A DNA stretch of 64,000 nucleotides from the human T2T-CHM13v2.0 reference genome, Homo sapiens, in NCBI RefSeq assembly GCF_009914755.1, contig NC_060925.1; one strand, written 5' to 3'. Every line of letters begins with the position of its first letter. The stretch's first letter is position 1. The notes beneath the pieces were generated by a model, which had not been told where the DNA came from, did not search any database, and saw nothing but the letters and a program-made list of their open reading frames with translations. Shown piece by piece: positions 44,501 through 64,000 of the stretch. The translations under genes were made by a program, and so were the position numbers.

Positions 44501-47500
44501 CTGGTTGATCAGTACAGAAATATGTCACAATGACCTTGAAGGCCGAGCCTAGACAAGAGTTACATCTGCTGGGTGATCAGTGCAAATATATGTCACAAAG
44601 GCCCTGTAGACAAATCCCAGAAAATTGTTACATCACCTGGGTTATCAGTGGAGATATCTGTCATAATTCCCTTTTAGGCACAGCTTAGACAAGCATTACA
44701 TCACATGAGCGATCAGTGCAGAGATATGTCACTATGCCCCCATAGGCAGATCCAAGACAAGAGTCCATCACCAGGGTGATCAGTGCAGAAATATGCCACA
44801 ATGCCGCCAGTAGGCAGATATAGACATGAGTTACATCACCTGCGTGGTCACTGAGTAGACACGTCACAATGCCTCTGTAGGCAGAGCCTGGACAAGACTC
44901 CCATCAGCTGGGTGATCAGTGCAGAGTTATGTCACAATGCCCCCTTTTGGCAGAGCCTAGACAAGGTTTACATCACCTGGGTGATCAGTGCATAGATGTG
45001 TCACAAGCTCCGTGTTGCCAGAGCCTAGACAAGTGTTACATCAGCTATGTGATCAGTGCAGTGACATGTCACAATCTCCCTGTAGCCATATCCTTGACAA
45101 AAGTGACATCACCTGGGTTATCAGTGCGGAGATATATCACAATGTCTCCAGTAGGCAGAGCATAGACAAGAGATACATCACCTCGGTGATCAGTGCAGAG
45201 ATATGTCTCAATGCCCCCTGTAGGCAAAGCCTATACAAGAGTTACATTATCTCCATGATCAGTACAGTGATATGTGAAAATGCCCCTGTAGGCAGAGCCT
45301 AGACAAGGGTTACATCTCCTGAGTGATCAGTGCAGGTATATCTCACAATACCCCCTGTAAGCAGAGCCTAGACAAGAGTTACATCACCTGGGTGATCAGT
45401 GCAGAGATATGTCATAAATCCCACTGTAAGCAAAGCCTAGACAAGTTTTACATCACCTCAGAGATCAGTGCAGTGATATTTCCCAATGTTCCTCTAGGCA
45501 GAGCTTAGACAAGTGTCACATCTCCTGCGTGATCAGTGCAGAGATAAGTCACAATGCCCCCATAGGCAGAGCCTAGACAAGAGTTACATCACCTTTGTCA
45601 TCAATTCAGGGATATGTGAAAACACCCCTGCAGGCAGAGCCTAGACAAGAGTTACATCACCAAGTTGATCAGTGCAGAGGTATTTCACAATACCCCCTGT
45701 AGGCAGATCCTAGACAAGAGTTGAATCACCTGGGTGATTAGTGCAGAGATATATCACAATGCCCCCTGTAGGCAGAGCATAGAAAAGAGTTGCATCACCT
45801 GGGTGATCAGTTCAGAGATATGTCACAATGTCCCCTGTAGGCACAGCATAGAGAAGAGTTGCATCACCTGGGTGATCAGTGCAGAGATATGTCACAATGT
45901 ACCCTGTAGTCAGAGCCTAGACAAGAGTTACATCACCTAGTTGATCAGTGCAGAGATATTTCACATTACCCCTTGTAGGCAGAACCTAGACAAGAGTTGA
46001 ATCACCTGGGTGATCAGTGCAGAGATATTTCCCAGTGCCCCCTTTGGGCAGTGGGTAGACAAGGTTTACGTCACCTAGGTGATCAGTGCAGAGATTTGTC
46101 AAAATTCCCTGTAGGCAGTGCTTATAAAAGTGTGAAATCACCTAAGTGATCAGTGCAGAGATATGTTACTAAGCTCCTGTAGGCAGGACTTAGATGAGTT
46201 ACATCACCTGGATTATCAGTGCAAAGTTATGTCATTGTAGGCAAAGCCTAGACAATAGTTTCAACACTTGGGTGATCAGTGGCGAGATCTCTCACAATTC
46301 CCCTGTAGGCACAGCTTATACAGCAGTTATATCACCTGGGTGATCAGGGCAGAGGTATGTCACAATGCCCCCATAGGCAGATCCAAGACAAGAGTCCGTC
46401 ACCTGGGTGATCAGTGCAGAAATATGTCACAATGCCCCCTTAGGCAGATCGTAGACAAATGCTCCATCACCTGGATGATCAGTGCAGAGTTATGTCACAA
46501 AGTCCCTTTAGGCGGATCCTAGATAATTGTTAAATCACCTGGATGATCAGTGCAGAGATATGTCAAAATGCCACGGTAGGCAGAGCCTAGAAAAAAGTTA
46601 CATGACCTAGGTGATCAGTGCCGAGATACATCACAATGTCTCTGTACGCTGAGTCTTGACAAGTGGTACATCACCTGGGTGATCATTGCAGGGATATGTC
46701 ACAAAGCACCCTGTAGGCAGATCCTAGAAAAGAGTTACATCACCTGGGTGATCAGTGAAGAGATATGTCACAATGCCACTGTAGGCAGAGCCTAGACAGG
46801 GGTTACATGACCTAGGTGATCACTGCAGAGATACATTGCAATGCCCCTCTAGGCAGAGCCTTGACAAGTGGTATATCACCTGGGTGATCATTGCAGGTAT
46901 ATGTCACAAATCACCATGTAGGCAGATCCTAGAGAAGAGTTATATCATCTGGGTTATTAGTGCAGAGATATGTCACAATCCCCCTGTAGGTAGAGCCTAG
47001 ACAAGAGTTATATCATCTGGGTGATCAGTGCAGTGATATGTCACAATGCCGTGTAGCCAGAGACTAGATTAAAGTTACAGCACCTGGGAGATCAGTGCAG
47101 AGATATGTCACAATGTCCCCAGTAGGCAGAGACCACTCAAGAGTTCGATCACCTCGCGATCATTGCAGAGATATGTCTCAATCCCCCTGTGGGCACAGCC
47201 TAGACAAGTGTTACATCACCTCGGTTAACAGTGCAGAGATATGTCAAGGTGCCCCTGTAGGCAGAGCCTACACAACTGTTACATCACTTAGGTGATCACT
47301 GCAGAGATATGTCACAATACCACCTGTAAGCAGATCCTAGGCAAGAGTTACATCTCCTGGATGATCAGTGCAGAGATATGTCACAATGTGCCCTGTAGGC
47401 AAAGTCTAGGCATGAGTTACATCACCTTTGTCATCAGTTCAGGGGTATGTGAAACGCCCCTGTAGGCAGAGCCTAGCAAGGGTAACATCACCTAGTTGAT

Positions 47501-47656
47501 CAGAGCAGAGATATTTCACAATACCCCCTGTAGGCAGATCCTAGACAAGAGTTGAATGACCTGGGTGATCAGTGCAGTGATATGTCACAAAGCCCTTGTA
47601 GGTAGAACCTAGACAAGAGTTACATCACTTTGTTGATCAGTTCAGAGATGTGTCAT
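41587..47656 (+). repeat. Beta-satellite array, block 5
   Basis: Tandem 68-bp monomers. Confidence 0.97.
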
Positions 47657-48262
47657 GCTGACTGTTTGCTCCCGGAGCTCTGCGGGCACCCGGAAACATG
47701 CAGGGAAGGGTGGAAGACTGGCATGGTGCCTTCGCTCTCTTGCCAGTTTCCAAACCGGCCACACTGCAGACTTCCCATGTTGCCGCACACAGGAATCCAT
47801 CGTCAGGCCATCACGCCGTGGAGGCATCTTCTCTCTGGGGTCTGGCTCTGGTCTCCTACGTGGAAATGAACGAGAGCCAAACGCCTGCCTTTGTGAGACT
47901 GCGCCGGCAATGGCGACACCCACAGGCACTGCCTCCTTCACGGAGAGAGGGCCTGGAACACTCAAGACTCCCATGGATATTCAGTTCTACACTCCCCTCC
48001 ACCCTCGCAGGCCGGTTTCTCCCTGCTGAAGACGCATGGGAGCCCAGAGAGTGGCTTCCAGTTCCCGCGGGATTCCTGGAGCAGTCCTAAGAGCCAGCGC
48101 CTGAAACGCCCCCGCCCCACACCTTCCCCCTCTCCCACTTCCTCTTCGTGTCTCCGGCCCCACCACCGCCATCACCACGCCCTCCCACCCCACTCCACCA
48201 CACCCCTGCCACAGGCCTCGACGCCCTGGGATCCTTCCGTGGTGGGGCGGGCTGTCCGAGGG

Positions 48263-49719
<1,457 letters not shown>

Positions 49720-50420
49720 GACGCAGGGTTGGGACGGGGTCGGGTCGGGCAGGGCGGTGGCCTCTGTTTCCCGGGGAACACCTGGCTGGCTATGGAGGGA
49801 CGTGTCTTTCCCCCGCCCCATCCACCAGGCTGACCGGCCTGGGATTCCTGTCTTCTAGGTCTAGGCCCGGTGAGAGGCTCCACCCAGCGGAGAACTGCCA
49901 TTCTTTCCTGGGCATCCCGGGGATCCCAGAGCCAGTCCAGATACCAGCAGGTTGGCCGCCTACTGTGCACGCGCGGGATTGCGAGCAGTCTCCTGGGCTG
50001 TGGGAGCAGCCCAGGCAGTGCTCTCATGCGTTTCCACCACCCCACCCCGCCTGATCACCCCCTCCCCACACCCACACTCCAGCCCAGGAAAATGCGTCCT
50101 CCCCTGGGCTGGGTGGAGACCCCCGTCCCGTGAAACACCGGTACCGCGCAGCGTCCAGACCTCACACCCTTCCGGCGGCTCGCCACCTCTGCGGCTCTGC
50201 GCCACCGTCGCTGGCGCACCCGTGCTTCTGCAGCCTCCCAGCTGCCACCATGGACCACCTGGCGGCAGAAACCAGACCTCTAGCTCTCTTTGACAGCCTC
50301 CTGGCTAGACCTGTGTTCATTGCGCACCCTGGCTGACGTGCAAGGGAGGCCTCAGTTCTCTCTGTGCCCTTGTCGGTCCGTGAAATTCCCGCTGAGGTTC
50401 TCCCAACACCTTCCAACGCT

Positions 50421-53400
50421 GTTTAGTCAAAGCCTGGAGAATAGTTATATCTCCTGGACGATCAGTTCAGAAATATGTCACAATGCTCCTCCCTGCGGAG
50501 CCTAGAGATTTGCATCATTTGGGTGATCAGTGGAGAGATATATCACAATGTCCGCTGTACAAGAAACCTGGAAAGGATTTACATCACCTCGGTGATCAGT
50601 GCATAGGTATGTCAGAAATCCCCAGCAGGCTGAACCTAGACAAGGGTTACATCACTTAGATGATCAGTGTAGAGATATGTGAAAATTCCCGTGTAGACAG
50701 AGCCTAGACAAGTGTTACATCACCTAGTGATCAGTGCAGGGATAAGTCATAAATCCTTCTATAGGCAGAGTTTAGAAAACTGTTTCCTCCCTGGGGTGAT
50801 TGGTGCAGAGTAATGTCACAAAGCCCCTGTAAGCAGAACCTTGACAAGGGTTACATCACCTGTTTGATCAGTGGAAATGTATATCACAAAGCCCCCTGTA
50901 GGCAAAGCCCAGACAATTATTACATCACCTGGGTGAGCAGTGGAGAGACGTTTCACAATAGCCCTGTAGGCATAGCCTAGACAAGGGTTACATCACCTGG
51001 GTGATCAGTGCAGAGATATGTCAGAATGCTCCTGTAGGCTGAACCTAGACAGGAGTTACATCACCCAGGTGATCAGTGAAGAGATATGAGAGAATTCCCG
51101 TTTAGGCAGAGTCTAGACAACTGTTACATCACGTAGGTTATCAGTGCAGGTATAAGTCTTAAGGCCTCCTGTGGGCAGAGAGTAGATAAGAGTTTCCTCC
51201 CAAGGGAGATCAGTGCAGAGATGTGTCACAAAGCCCCTGTAGGCAGAGCCTAGACAAGAGTTTCATCACTTGGTTGATCAGTTCAGAGATGTGTCACAAC
51301 GTCCATGTAGGCAGATCTAAGACAAGAGTCAATCACCTGGGTGATCAGTGCAGAGATATGTACCAATGTCCCCTGTAGGCAATGCCTAGACAAGAGTTTC
51401 ATCACCTTAGAGATCAGTGCATAGATATGTCACAAAGCCTTCTGTACGCAAAGCCCATACAAGGCTTACATCACCAAGTGATCAGTGCAGTGGTATGTCA
51501 CAAAAATCCCTGTACACAGAGCCTAGAAAAGAGTTACATCGCCTGGGTGATCAGTGCAGAGGTATCTCACAATACCTCCTGTAAGCACAGCCTAGACAAG
51601 AGTTACATCACCTGGGTGATCAGCACAGAGATATGTCATAAATCCCACTGTAGGCAAAGCCTAGACAAGTTTTAAATCACCACAGCGATCAGTGCAGAGA
51701 TATGTCTCAATGTCCCTCTGGGCAGAGCTTAGACAAGAGTCACATCTCCTGGGTGATCAGTGCAGAGATAAGTCACAAAGCGCCTATAGGCAGAGCCTAG
51801 ACAAGAGTTACATAACCCGGGTTATCCGTGCAGAGTGATTCACAATGCCCGCTATAGGCAGAGACTAGAGAAGAGTTACAACACCTGGGTGATCAGTGCA
51901 GAGATATGTCACAATGCCCCCTGTAGGAAGGGCATAGAGAAGTGTTGCACCACCTGGGTGATAAGTGCAGAGTTATGTCACAATTTCCCCTGTAGGCAGA
52001 CCATAGAGAATAGTTGCATCACCTGGGTGATCAGTGCAGAGATATGTCACAGTGTCCCCTGTAGGCAAAGCCTAGGCACGAGTTACATCACCTGTGTCAT
52101 CAGTTCAGGGATATGTGTAAACTCCCCTGTAGACAGAGGTTGACAAGTGTTACATCACCTAGCTGATCAGTGCATTGATATTTCACAATAACCCCTGTAG
52201 GCAGATCGTAGACAAGAGTTGAATCACCTGGGTGATCAGTGCAGAGATATTTCACAATTCCCCATTTGGGCAGAGTGTAGACAAGAGTTTCATCACCTAG
52301 GTGATCAGTGCAGAGATTTGTCAAAATTCCCTGGAGGCAGTGCTTATAATAGTGTTACATCCCCTAAGTCATCAGTTCAGAAATATGTCACAAAGTTCCT
52401 GTAGGCAGAACTTAGATGAGTTACATCACCTGGGTGATCAGTGAAAATGTATGTCTCAAAACCCTTTAGGCAGATCATAGACAAGTGTTACATCACTTGG
52501 ATGATCAGTGCATAGATATGTCACAATGCCACTATAGGCAGAGCCAAGAAAAGGGTTACATGACCTAGGAGATCAGTGCAGAGATACATCGCAATGTCAT
52601 TGTAGGCAGAGCCTTGACAACTGGTACATCACCTGGGTGATCATTGCAGGGATATGTCACAAAGCACCCTGTAGTCAGATCCTAGAAAAGAGTTACATCA
52701 TCTGGGTGATCAGTGTAGAGATATGTCACAATGCCACTGTAGGGAAAGCCCAGACAAGAGTTACATTACCTAGGTGGTCGTTACAGAGATACATCGCAAT
52801 GCCTCTGTAGGCTGAGCCTTGACAACTGGTATGTCACCTGGGTGATCATTGAAGGGATATGTCACAAAGCACCCTGTAGGCAGATCCTAGAGAAGAGTTA
52901 TATTACCTTGGTGATCAGTGCAGAGATATGTCACAATACCCCCTGTAGGTGGAGCCTAGACAACAGTTACATCACCTGGGTGATCAGTGCAGAGATATGT
53001 CACAAAGCCCCTGTAGGCAGAGCATAATCAAAAGTTACATCACCTGAGTGATTAGTGCAGAGATCTGTCACAATGCCCCTTTGGGCAGAGCGTAGACCAG
53101 AGTTACATCACCTGGGTGATCAGTGCAGAGATATGTCACAATGCCCTCATAGGTAAATCGAAGACAAGAGTACGTCATCTGGGTGATCAGTGCAGAAATA
53201 TGCAACAATCCCACAGTAAGCAGAGCCTGGGGAAGAGTTCCATCACCTGGGTGATCAATGCAGAGATATTTCAAAATGCCCCCACAGGCAGAGCGTAAGC
53301 AAGAGTTACATCACCTAGATGATCAGGGCAGAGATATGTCACAAGGCCCCAGTAGGCAGAGCCTGGGCAAGCGGTATATCAACTGGGTGATCAGTGCAGT

Positions 53401-54227
53401 GATATGTCACAATGCCATGTAGACAGAGCCTAGACTAAAGTTACAGCACCTGGGAGATCAGTGCAGAGATATGTCACAATGTCCCCAGTAGGCAGAGACC
53501 AGGCAAGAGTTGGATCACCTCGGGATCAGTGCTGAGACATGTCTCAATACCCCTGTGGGCACAGCCTAGACAAGAGTTACATCACCTCGGTTAACAGTGC
53601 AGAGATTTGTCAAAATGCCCCTGTAGGCAGAGCTTAGTTCCGAGTTACATCACTTGGGTGATCAGTAAAGAGATAGATATGTCACAATGCCCCCATAGGC
53701 AAATCCAAGACAAGGTCCGTCACCTGGGTGATCAGTGCGGAAATATGTGACAATGCCCCCAGTAGACAGAGCCTAGAGAAGAGTCCCATCACCTGGGTGA
53801 TCAGTGCAGAGATATTTCACAATGCCCCTGCAGGCAGAGTGTAAGCAAGTGTTACGTCACCTAGGTGATCAGTGAAGAGATATGTCACAAGGCCCCTTAT
53901 AGGCAGAGCCTGGACAAGAGTTACATCACCTCGGTAATCAATGCAGTGATATGTCACTATGCCCCGTAGGCAGAGCCTAGTCAAGCGTTACATCACCTGG
54001 GTGATCAGTGCAGAGTTATGTCACAAGGACCCATACACAGAGCCTAGATAAGAGACCCATCACCTGGGTGATCAGTCTAGAGATATGTCACAATGCCCCC
54101 ATAGGCAGAGCCTAGACAAAAGTCCCATCAACTGGGTGATCAGTGCACAGCTATGTCACAAAGCCCCTTTAGGCAGAGCCTAGAAAAGAGTTACATCACT
54201 TTGTTGATCAGTTCAGAGATGTGTCAT
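50421..54227 (+). repeat. Beta-satellite array, block 6
   Basis: Tandem 68-bp monomers. Confidence 0.97.
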
Positions 54228-56980
<2,753 letters not shown>

Positions 56981-59900
56981 CTTTAGTAAAACCCTGCAGA
57001 ACAGTTACGCCTCCTGGATGATCAGTTCAGAAACATGTCACAATGCCCCCTCCCTGCAGAGCCTAGAGAAGATTTGCATCATTTGGGTGATCAGTGCAGA
57101 GATATATCACAATGTCCCCTGTACAAAAAGGCTGGAAATGATTTACATCACCTCGGTGATCAGGGCATAGGTATGTCAGAAATCCCCAGTAGGCTGAACC
57201 TAGACAAGGGTTACATCACTTAGGTGATCAGTGTAGAGATATGTGAAAATTCCCGTGTAGACAGAGCCTAGACAAGTGTTACATCACCTAGTGATCAGTG
57301 CAGGGATAAGTCGTAAAGCCTCCTGTAGGCAGAGTGTAGACAAGTGTTTCCTCCCTGGGGTGATCAGTGCAGAGATATGTCACAAAGCCCCTGTAAGCAG
57401 AACCTTGACAAGGGTTACATCACCTGTTTGACCAGTCGAAATGTATATCACAAAGCCCCCTGCAGGCAAAGCCCAGACAATTGTTACATCACCTCGGTGA
57501 GCAGTGGAGAGATCTGTCACAATGCCCCTGTAGGCAGAGCTTAGACAAGTGTTACATCACCTGGGTGATCAGTTCAGAGATATGTCAAAACGCTCCTGTA
57601 GGCTGAACCTAGGCAGGAGTTACATCACCTGGGTGATCAGTGAAGAGATATGTGAGAATTCCCGTGTAGGCAGAGCCTAGACAAGTATTATATCAGCTAG
57701 GTTATCAGTGCAGGTATAACTCATAAAGCCTCCTGTAGGCAGAGCGTAGACAAGAGTTCCCTCCCCAGGGTGATCAGTGTAGAGATGTGTCACAAAGCCC
57801 CTGTAGGCAGAGCCTAGACAAGAGTTTCATCACTTGGTTGATCAGTTCAGAGATGTGTCACAATGTCCATGTAGGCAGATCTAAGACAAGGGTCCATCAC
57901 CTGGGTGATCAGTGCAGAGATATGTACCAATGTCCCTTGTAGGCATTGCCTAGACAAGAGTTGCATCATCTCAGAGATCATTGCATAGATATGTCACAAA
58001 TCGTTCTGTAGGCAAAGCCCACACAAAGCTTACATCACCTAGGTGATCAGTGCAGTAATATGTCACAAAAATCCCGGTAGACAGAGCTTAGAAAAGAGTT
58101 ACATCACCTCGGTGATCAGTGCCGATATTTGACACAATGCCCCCATAAACAGAGCCTAGACAAGGCTTCCATCACATGGGTGATCAGTGTAGAGATATGT
58201 CACAAATCCCCCTCTAGGCAGAGTATAGAGAAGAGTCCCATCACCTGGGTGATCAGTGCAGAGATATTTCACAATGCCCCCTGTAGGCAGAGAGTGGACA
58301 AGAGTTACATAACCTAGGTGATCTGTGCAGAGCTATGTCAAAACGCCCCAGTAGGCAGAGCCTAGATAAATGTTACATCACCTGGGTGACCAGTGCAGAG
58401 ATACGTCACAATACCGTCTGTAGGCGGAGCCTAGACAAGAGTTACATCAACTCGGTGATCAGTGCAGAAATATGTCACAAAGCCCCTGTACGCCGAGCCT
58501 AGAGTAGAATTACATCTCCTGGGTGATCAGTGCAAAGATATGTCACAAAGCCCCCTGTAGACAAATCCCAGAAAATTGTTACATCACCTGGGTGATCAGT
58601 GGAAATATCTGTCACAATTCCCCTTTAGTTGCAGCTTAGACAAGCGTTACGTCACATGAGTGATCAGTGTAGAGATATGTCACTATGCCCCCATAGGCAG
58701 ATCCAAGACAAGAGTCCATCACCTGGGTGATCAGTGCAGAAATATGCCACAATGCCGCCAGTAGGCAGATATAGACAAGAGTCACATCACCTGCTTGATC
58801 ACTGCAGAGATATGTCACAATGCCCCTGTAGGCAGAGCCTAGACAAGACTCCCATCACCTGGATGATCAGTGCAGACTTGTGTCACAATGCCCACTTTTG
58901 ACAGAGCCTAGACAAGGGTTACATCACCTGGGTGATCAGTGCAGTGATGTGTCACAAGCCCCCTGTAGCCAGAGCCTAGACAAGGGTTACATCAGCTGTG
59001 TGATCAGTGAAGTGACATGTCACAATATCCCTATAGCCATATCCTTGACAAAAGTGACATCACCTGGGTAATCAGTGTGGACATATGTCACAATGTCTCC
59101 AGTAGGAAGAGCCTAGACAAGAGTTACCTCACCTGGGTTATCAGGGCAGATATATGTCACAATGCCCCCTGTAAGCAGATCCCAGACAAGAGTTGCATCA
59201 CCTCGGTGATCAGTGCAGAGATATGTCTCAATGCCTCCTGTAGGCGAAGCCTATACATGAGTTACATCATCTCAGTGATCAGTGCAGTGATATGTCCCAA
59301 TGTCCCTCTAGGCAGAGCTTAGACAAGAGACACGTCTCCTGGGTAATCAGTGCAGAGCTAAGTCACAATGCCCCCATAGGCAGATCCTAGACAAGAGTTA
59401 CATAACCTGGGTGATCCGTGCAGGGTGATGTCAGAACGCCCTCTGTAGGCAGAGACTAGAAAAGAGTTACATCACTTTGGTGATCAGTGCAGAGATATTT
59501 CAAAATGCCCCCTGTAGGCAGAGCATAGGGAAGAGTTGCATCACCTGGGTGATCAGTGCAGAGATATGTCACAATGTCCCCTGTAGGCAGAGCATAGAGA
59601 AGAGTTGCATCACCTGGGTGATCAGTGCCGATATATGTCACAATGTCCACTGTAGGCAAAGCCTAGGAAAGAGTTACATCACCTTTGTCATCAGTTCAGG
59701 GATATGTGAAAACGCCCCTGTAGGCAGAGCCTAGACAAGAGTTACATCCCCTATTTGATCAGTGCAGAGATATTTCACAATACCCCCTGTAGGCAGATCC
59801 TAGACAAGAGTTGAATCACCTGGGTGATCAGTGCAGAGATATTTCACAATGCCCCCTTTGGGCAGAGGGTAGAAAAGACTTACATCACCTAGGTTATCAG

Positions 59901-62370
59901 TGCAGATATTTGTCAAAATTCCTGTAGGCAGTGCTTATAAAAGTGTTACATCACCTAAGTGATCAGTGCAGAGATATGTCACAAAGCTCCTGTAGGCACA
60001 ATTTAGATGAGTTACATCACCTGGGTGATCAGTGCAAATGTATGTCACAAAGCCCCCTGTAGGCAAAGCCTAGACAATAGTTACCTCACTTGGGTGATTA
60101 GTGGAGAGATCTCTCACAGTTCCCCTGTAGGCAGAGCTTATACAACAGTTATATCACCAGGGTGATCAGTGCAGAGATATGTCACAATGCGCCCATAGGC
60201 AGATCCAAGACAAGAGTCCATCACCTGGGTGATCAGTGCAGAAATATTTCACAATGCCACCTTAGGCAGAGCCTAGGGAAAAGCCCCATCACTGGGATGA
60301 TCAGTGCAGAGTTATGTCACAAAGTCCCTTTAAGCAGATCCTAGACAAATGTTACATCACTTGGATGATCAGTGCAGAGATATGTCACTATGCCAGTGTA
60401 GGCAGAGCCTAGACAAGAGTTACATGACCTAGGTGATCAGTGCAGAGATACATCGCAATGTCCCTGTAGGCAGAGCCTTGACAGGTGGTAAATCAGCTGG
60501 GTGATCATTGCAGGGATATGTCACAAAGCACCCTGTAGGCAGATCCTAGAGAAAAGTTATATCACCTGGGTGATCAGTGCAGAGATATGTCACAAGCCCC
60601 CTGTAGGCAGAGCCTAGGCAAGAGTTACATCACCTGGGTGATCAGTGTAGAGATATGTCATAAATCCCACTGTAGGCAAAGCGTAGAGAAGTTTTACATC
60701 ACCTCAGCGATCAGTGCAGAGATATGTTCCAATGTCCCTCTAGGCAGAGATTAGACAAGAGTCACATCTCCTGGGTGATCAGTGCAGAGATAAGTCACAA
60801 TGCCCCCCTAGGCAGAGCCTAGACAAGAGTTACATATCCCGGGTGATCTCTGCAGAGTGATGTCAGAACACCCTCTGTAGGTAGAGACTAGAAAAGAGTT
60901 ACAACACCTGGGTGATCAGTGCAGAGATATCTCACAATGCCCCCTGTAGGCAGAGCATGGAGAAGAGTTGCATCACCCAGGTGATCAGTGCAGAGATATG
61001 TCGCAATGTCCCCTGTAGTCAGAGCATAGAGAAGAGTTGCATCACCTGGGTGATCAGTGCAGAAATATGTCACAATGTCCCCTGTAGGCAAAGCCTAGGC
61101 AAGAGTTGCATCACCTGGGTGATCAGTGCAGATATATGTCACAATGTCCCCAGTAGGCAAAGCCTAGGCAAGAGTTACATCACCTTTGTCTTCAGTTTAG
61201 GGATATGTGAAAACGCCCCTGTAGGCAGAGCCTAGACAAGAGTTCCACCACCTAGATGATCAGTGCAGAGATATTTCACAATACCCCCTGTAGGCAGATC
61301 CTAGACAAGAGTTGAATCACCATGGTGATCAGTGCAGAGATATTTCACAATATCCCCTTGGACAGATGGTAGACAAGAGTTACACCACCTAGTTGATCAG
61401 TGCAGTGATATTTCACAATATCCCCTGTGGACAGATTCTAGACAAGAGTTGAATCACCTGGGGAATCAGTGCATAGATATGTCACAATGCCACTGTAGGC
61501 AGAGCCTAGACAAGAGTTACATGACCTAGGTGATCAGTGCAGAGATACATCGCAATGTCCCTGTAGGCAGACCCTTGAAAATTGGTACATCACCTGAGTG
61601 ATCATTGCAGGGATATGTCACAAAGCACCCTGTAGGCAGATCCTAGAAAAGAGTTACATCAGCTGGGTGATCAGTGCACAGATATGTCACAATGCCACTG
61701 TTGGCAGAGCCTAGAGAAGCGTCCCATCACGTGGGTGATCAGTGCAGATATATGTCACAAGACCCACGTAGGCAGAGCCTAGAGAAGAGTTATATCACCT
61801 GGGTGATTAGTGCAGTGATATGTCACAATGCCGTGTAGCCGGAGCCTAGACTAAAGTTACAGCACCTGGGAGATCAGTGCAGACACATGTCACAATGTCC
61901 CGAGTAGGCAGAGACCAGGCAAGAGTTGGATCACCTCGAGATCAGTGCAGAGATTTGTCTCAATCCCCCTGTGGGCACAGCCTAGACAAAAGTTACATCA
62001 TCTCGGTTAACAGTGCAGAGGTATGTCAAAATGCCCCTGTATGCAGAGCCTACACAAGTGTTACATCACTTAGGTTATCAGTGCAGAGATATGTCACAAT
62101 ACCCCCTGTAAGCAGAGCCTAGACAAAAGTTACATCACCTGGGTGATCAGTGCAGAGATATGTGACAAGGCCCCTTTAAACAGAGCCTAGACAATTGTTA
62201 CATCACTTGAGTGATTAGTGCAGAGATCTGTCACAATGCCCCTTTAGGCAGAGCTGAGACCAGAGTTACATCACCTGGGTGGTCAGTGCAGAGATATGTC
62301 ACAAAGCCCTTGTAGGCAGAGCCTAGACAAGTGTTACATCACTTTGTTGATCAGTTCAGAGATGTGTCAT
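56981..62370 (+). repeat. Beta-satellite array, block 7
   Basis: Tandem 68-bp monomers. Confidence 0.97.

Positions 62371-64000
<1,630 letters not shown>

Overview
Primate (human or great-ape type) heterochromatic repeat DNA with no intact protein-coding gene. About 75% of the window is 68-bp beta-satellite (BSAT/Sau3A family; monomer ~GATCAGTGCAGAGATATGTCACAATGCCCCTGTAGGCAGAGCCTAGACAAGAGTTACATCACCTGGGT). The satellite is interrupted by eight D4Z4/DUX4-like inserts that share the same satellite junctions. The amplified unit is therefore a composite of roughly 6.5-10 kb: [beta-sat | partial D4Z4 with DBE/TATA promoter | DUX4-like ORF | D4Z4 3' part | pLAM-like tail | beta-sat]. This organisation is typical of the dispersed DUX4L/LSAU-BSAT clusters (acrocentric short arms, Yq11 and other pericentromeres), not of the 4q35/10q26 tandem D4Z4 arrays. 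The exact locus cannot be determined without a search. Everything from 1 to ~25995 is on the minus strand and everything to the right is on the plus strand, switching at a fold-back-like inversion junction at 25993-25995. Every DUX4-like ORF is disrupted, each by different lesions. Most notable observations: (i) the 48.4-49.7 kb copy keeps a 371-codon open frame and a new internal ATG encoding a homeodomain-less DUX4 C-terminal domain with both (L)LxxL(L) motifs; (ii) the pLAM-like tail is a decayed DUX 5' end interrupted by one satellite monomer, and the position of the FSHD ATTAAA signal reads as plain satellite GTCACA in all six copies; (iii) two promoter-only deletion cassettes point into satellite or pLAM; (iv) a 'ghost' cassette appears excised at ~22.3 kb. 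Comparisons to 4q35 DUX4/pLAM rely on my recollection of those sequences and need alignment.
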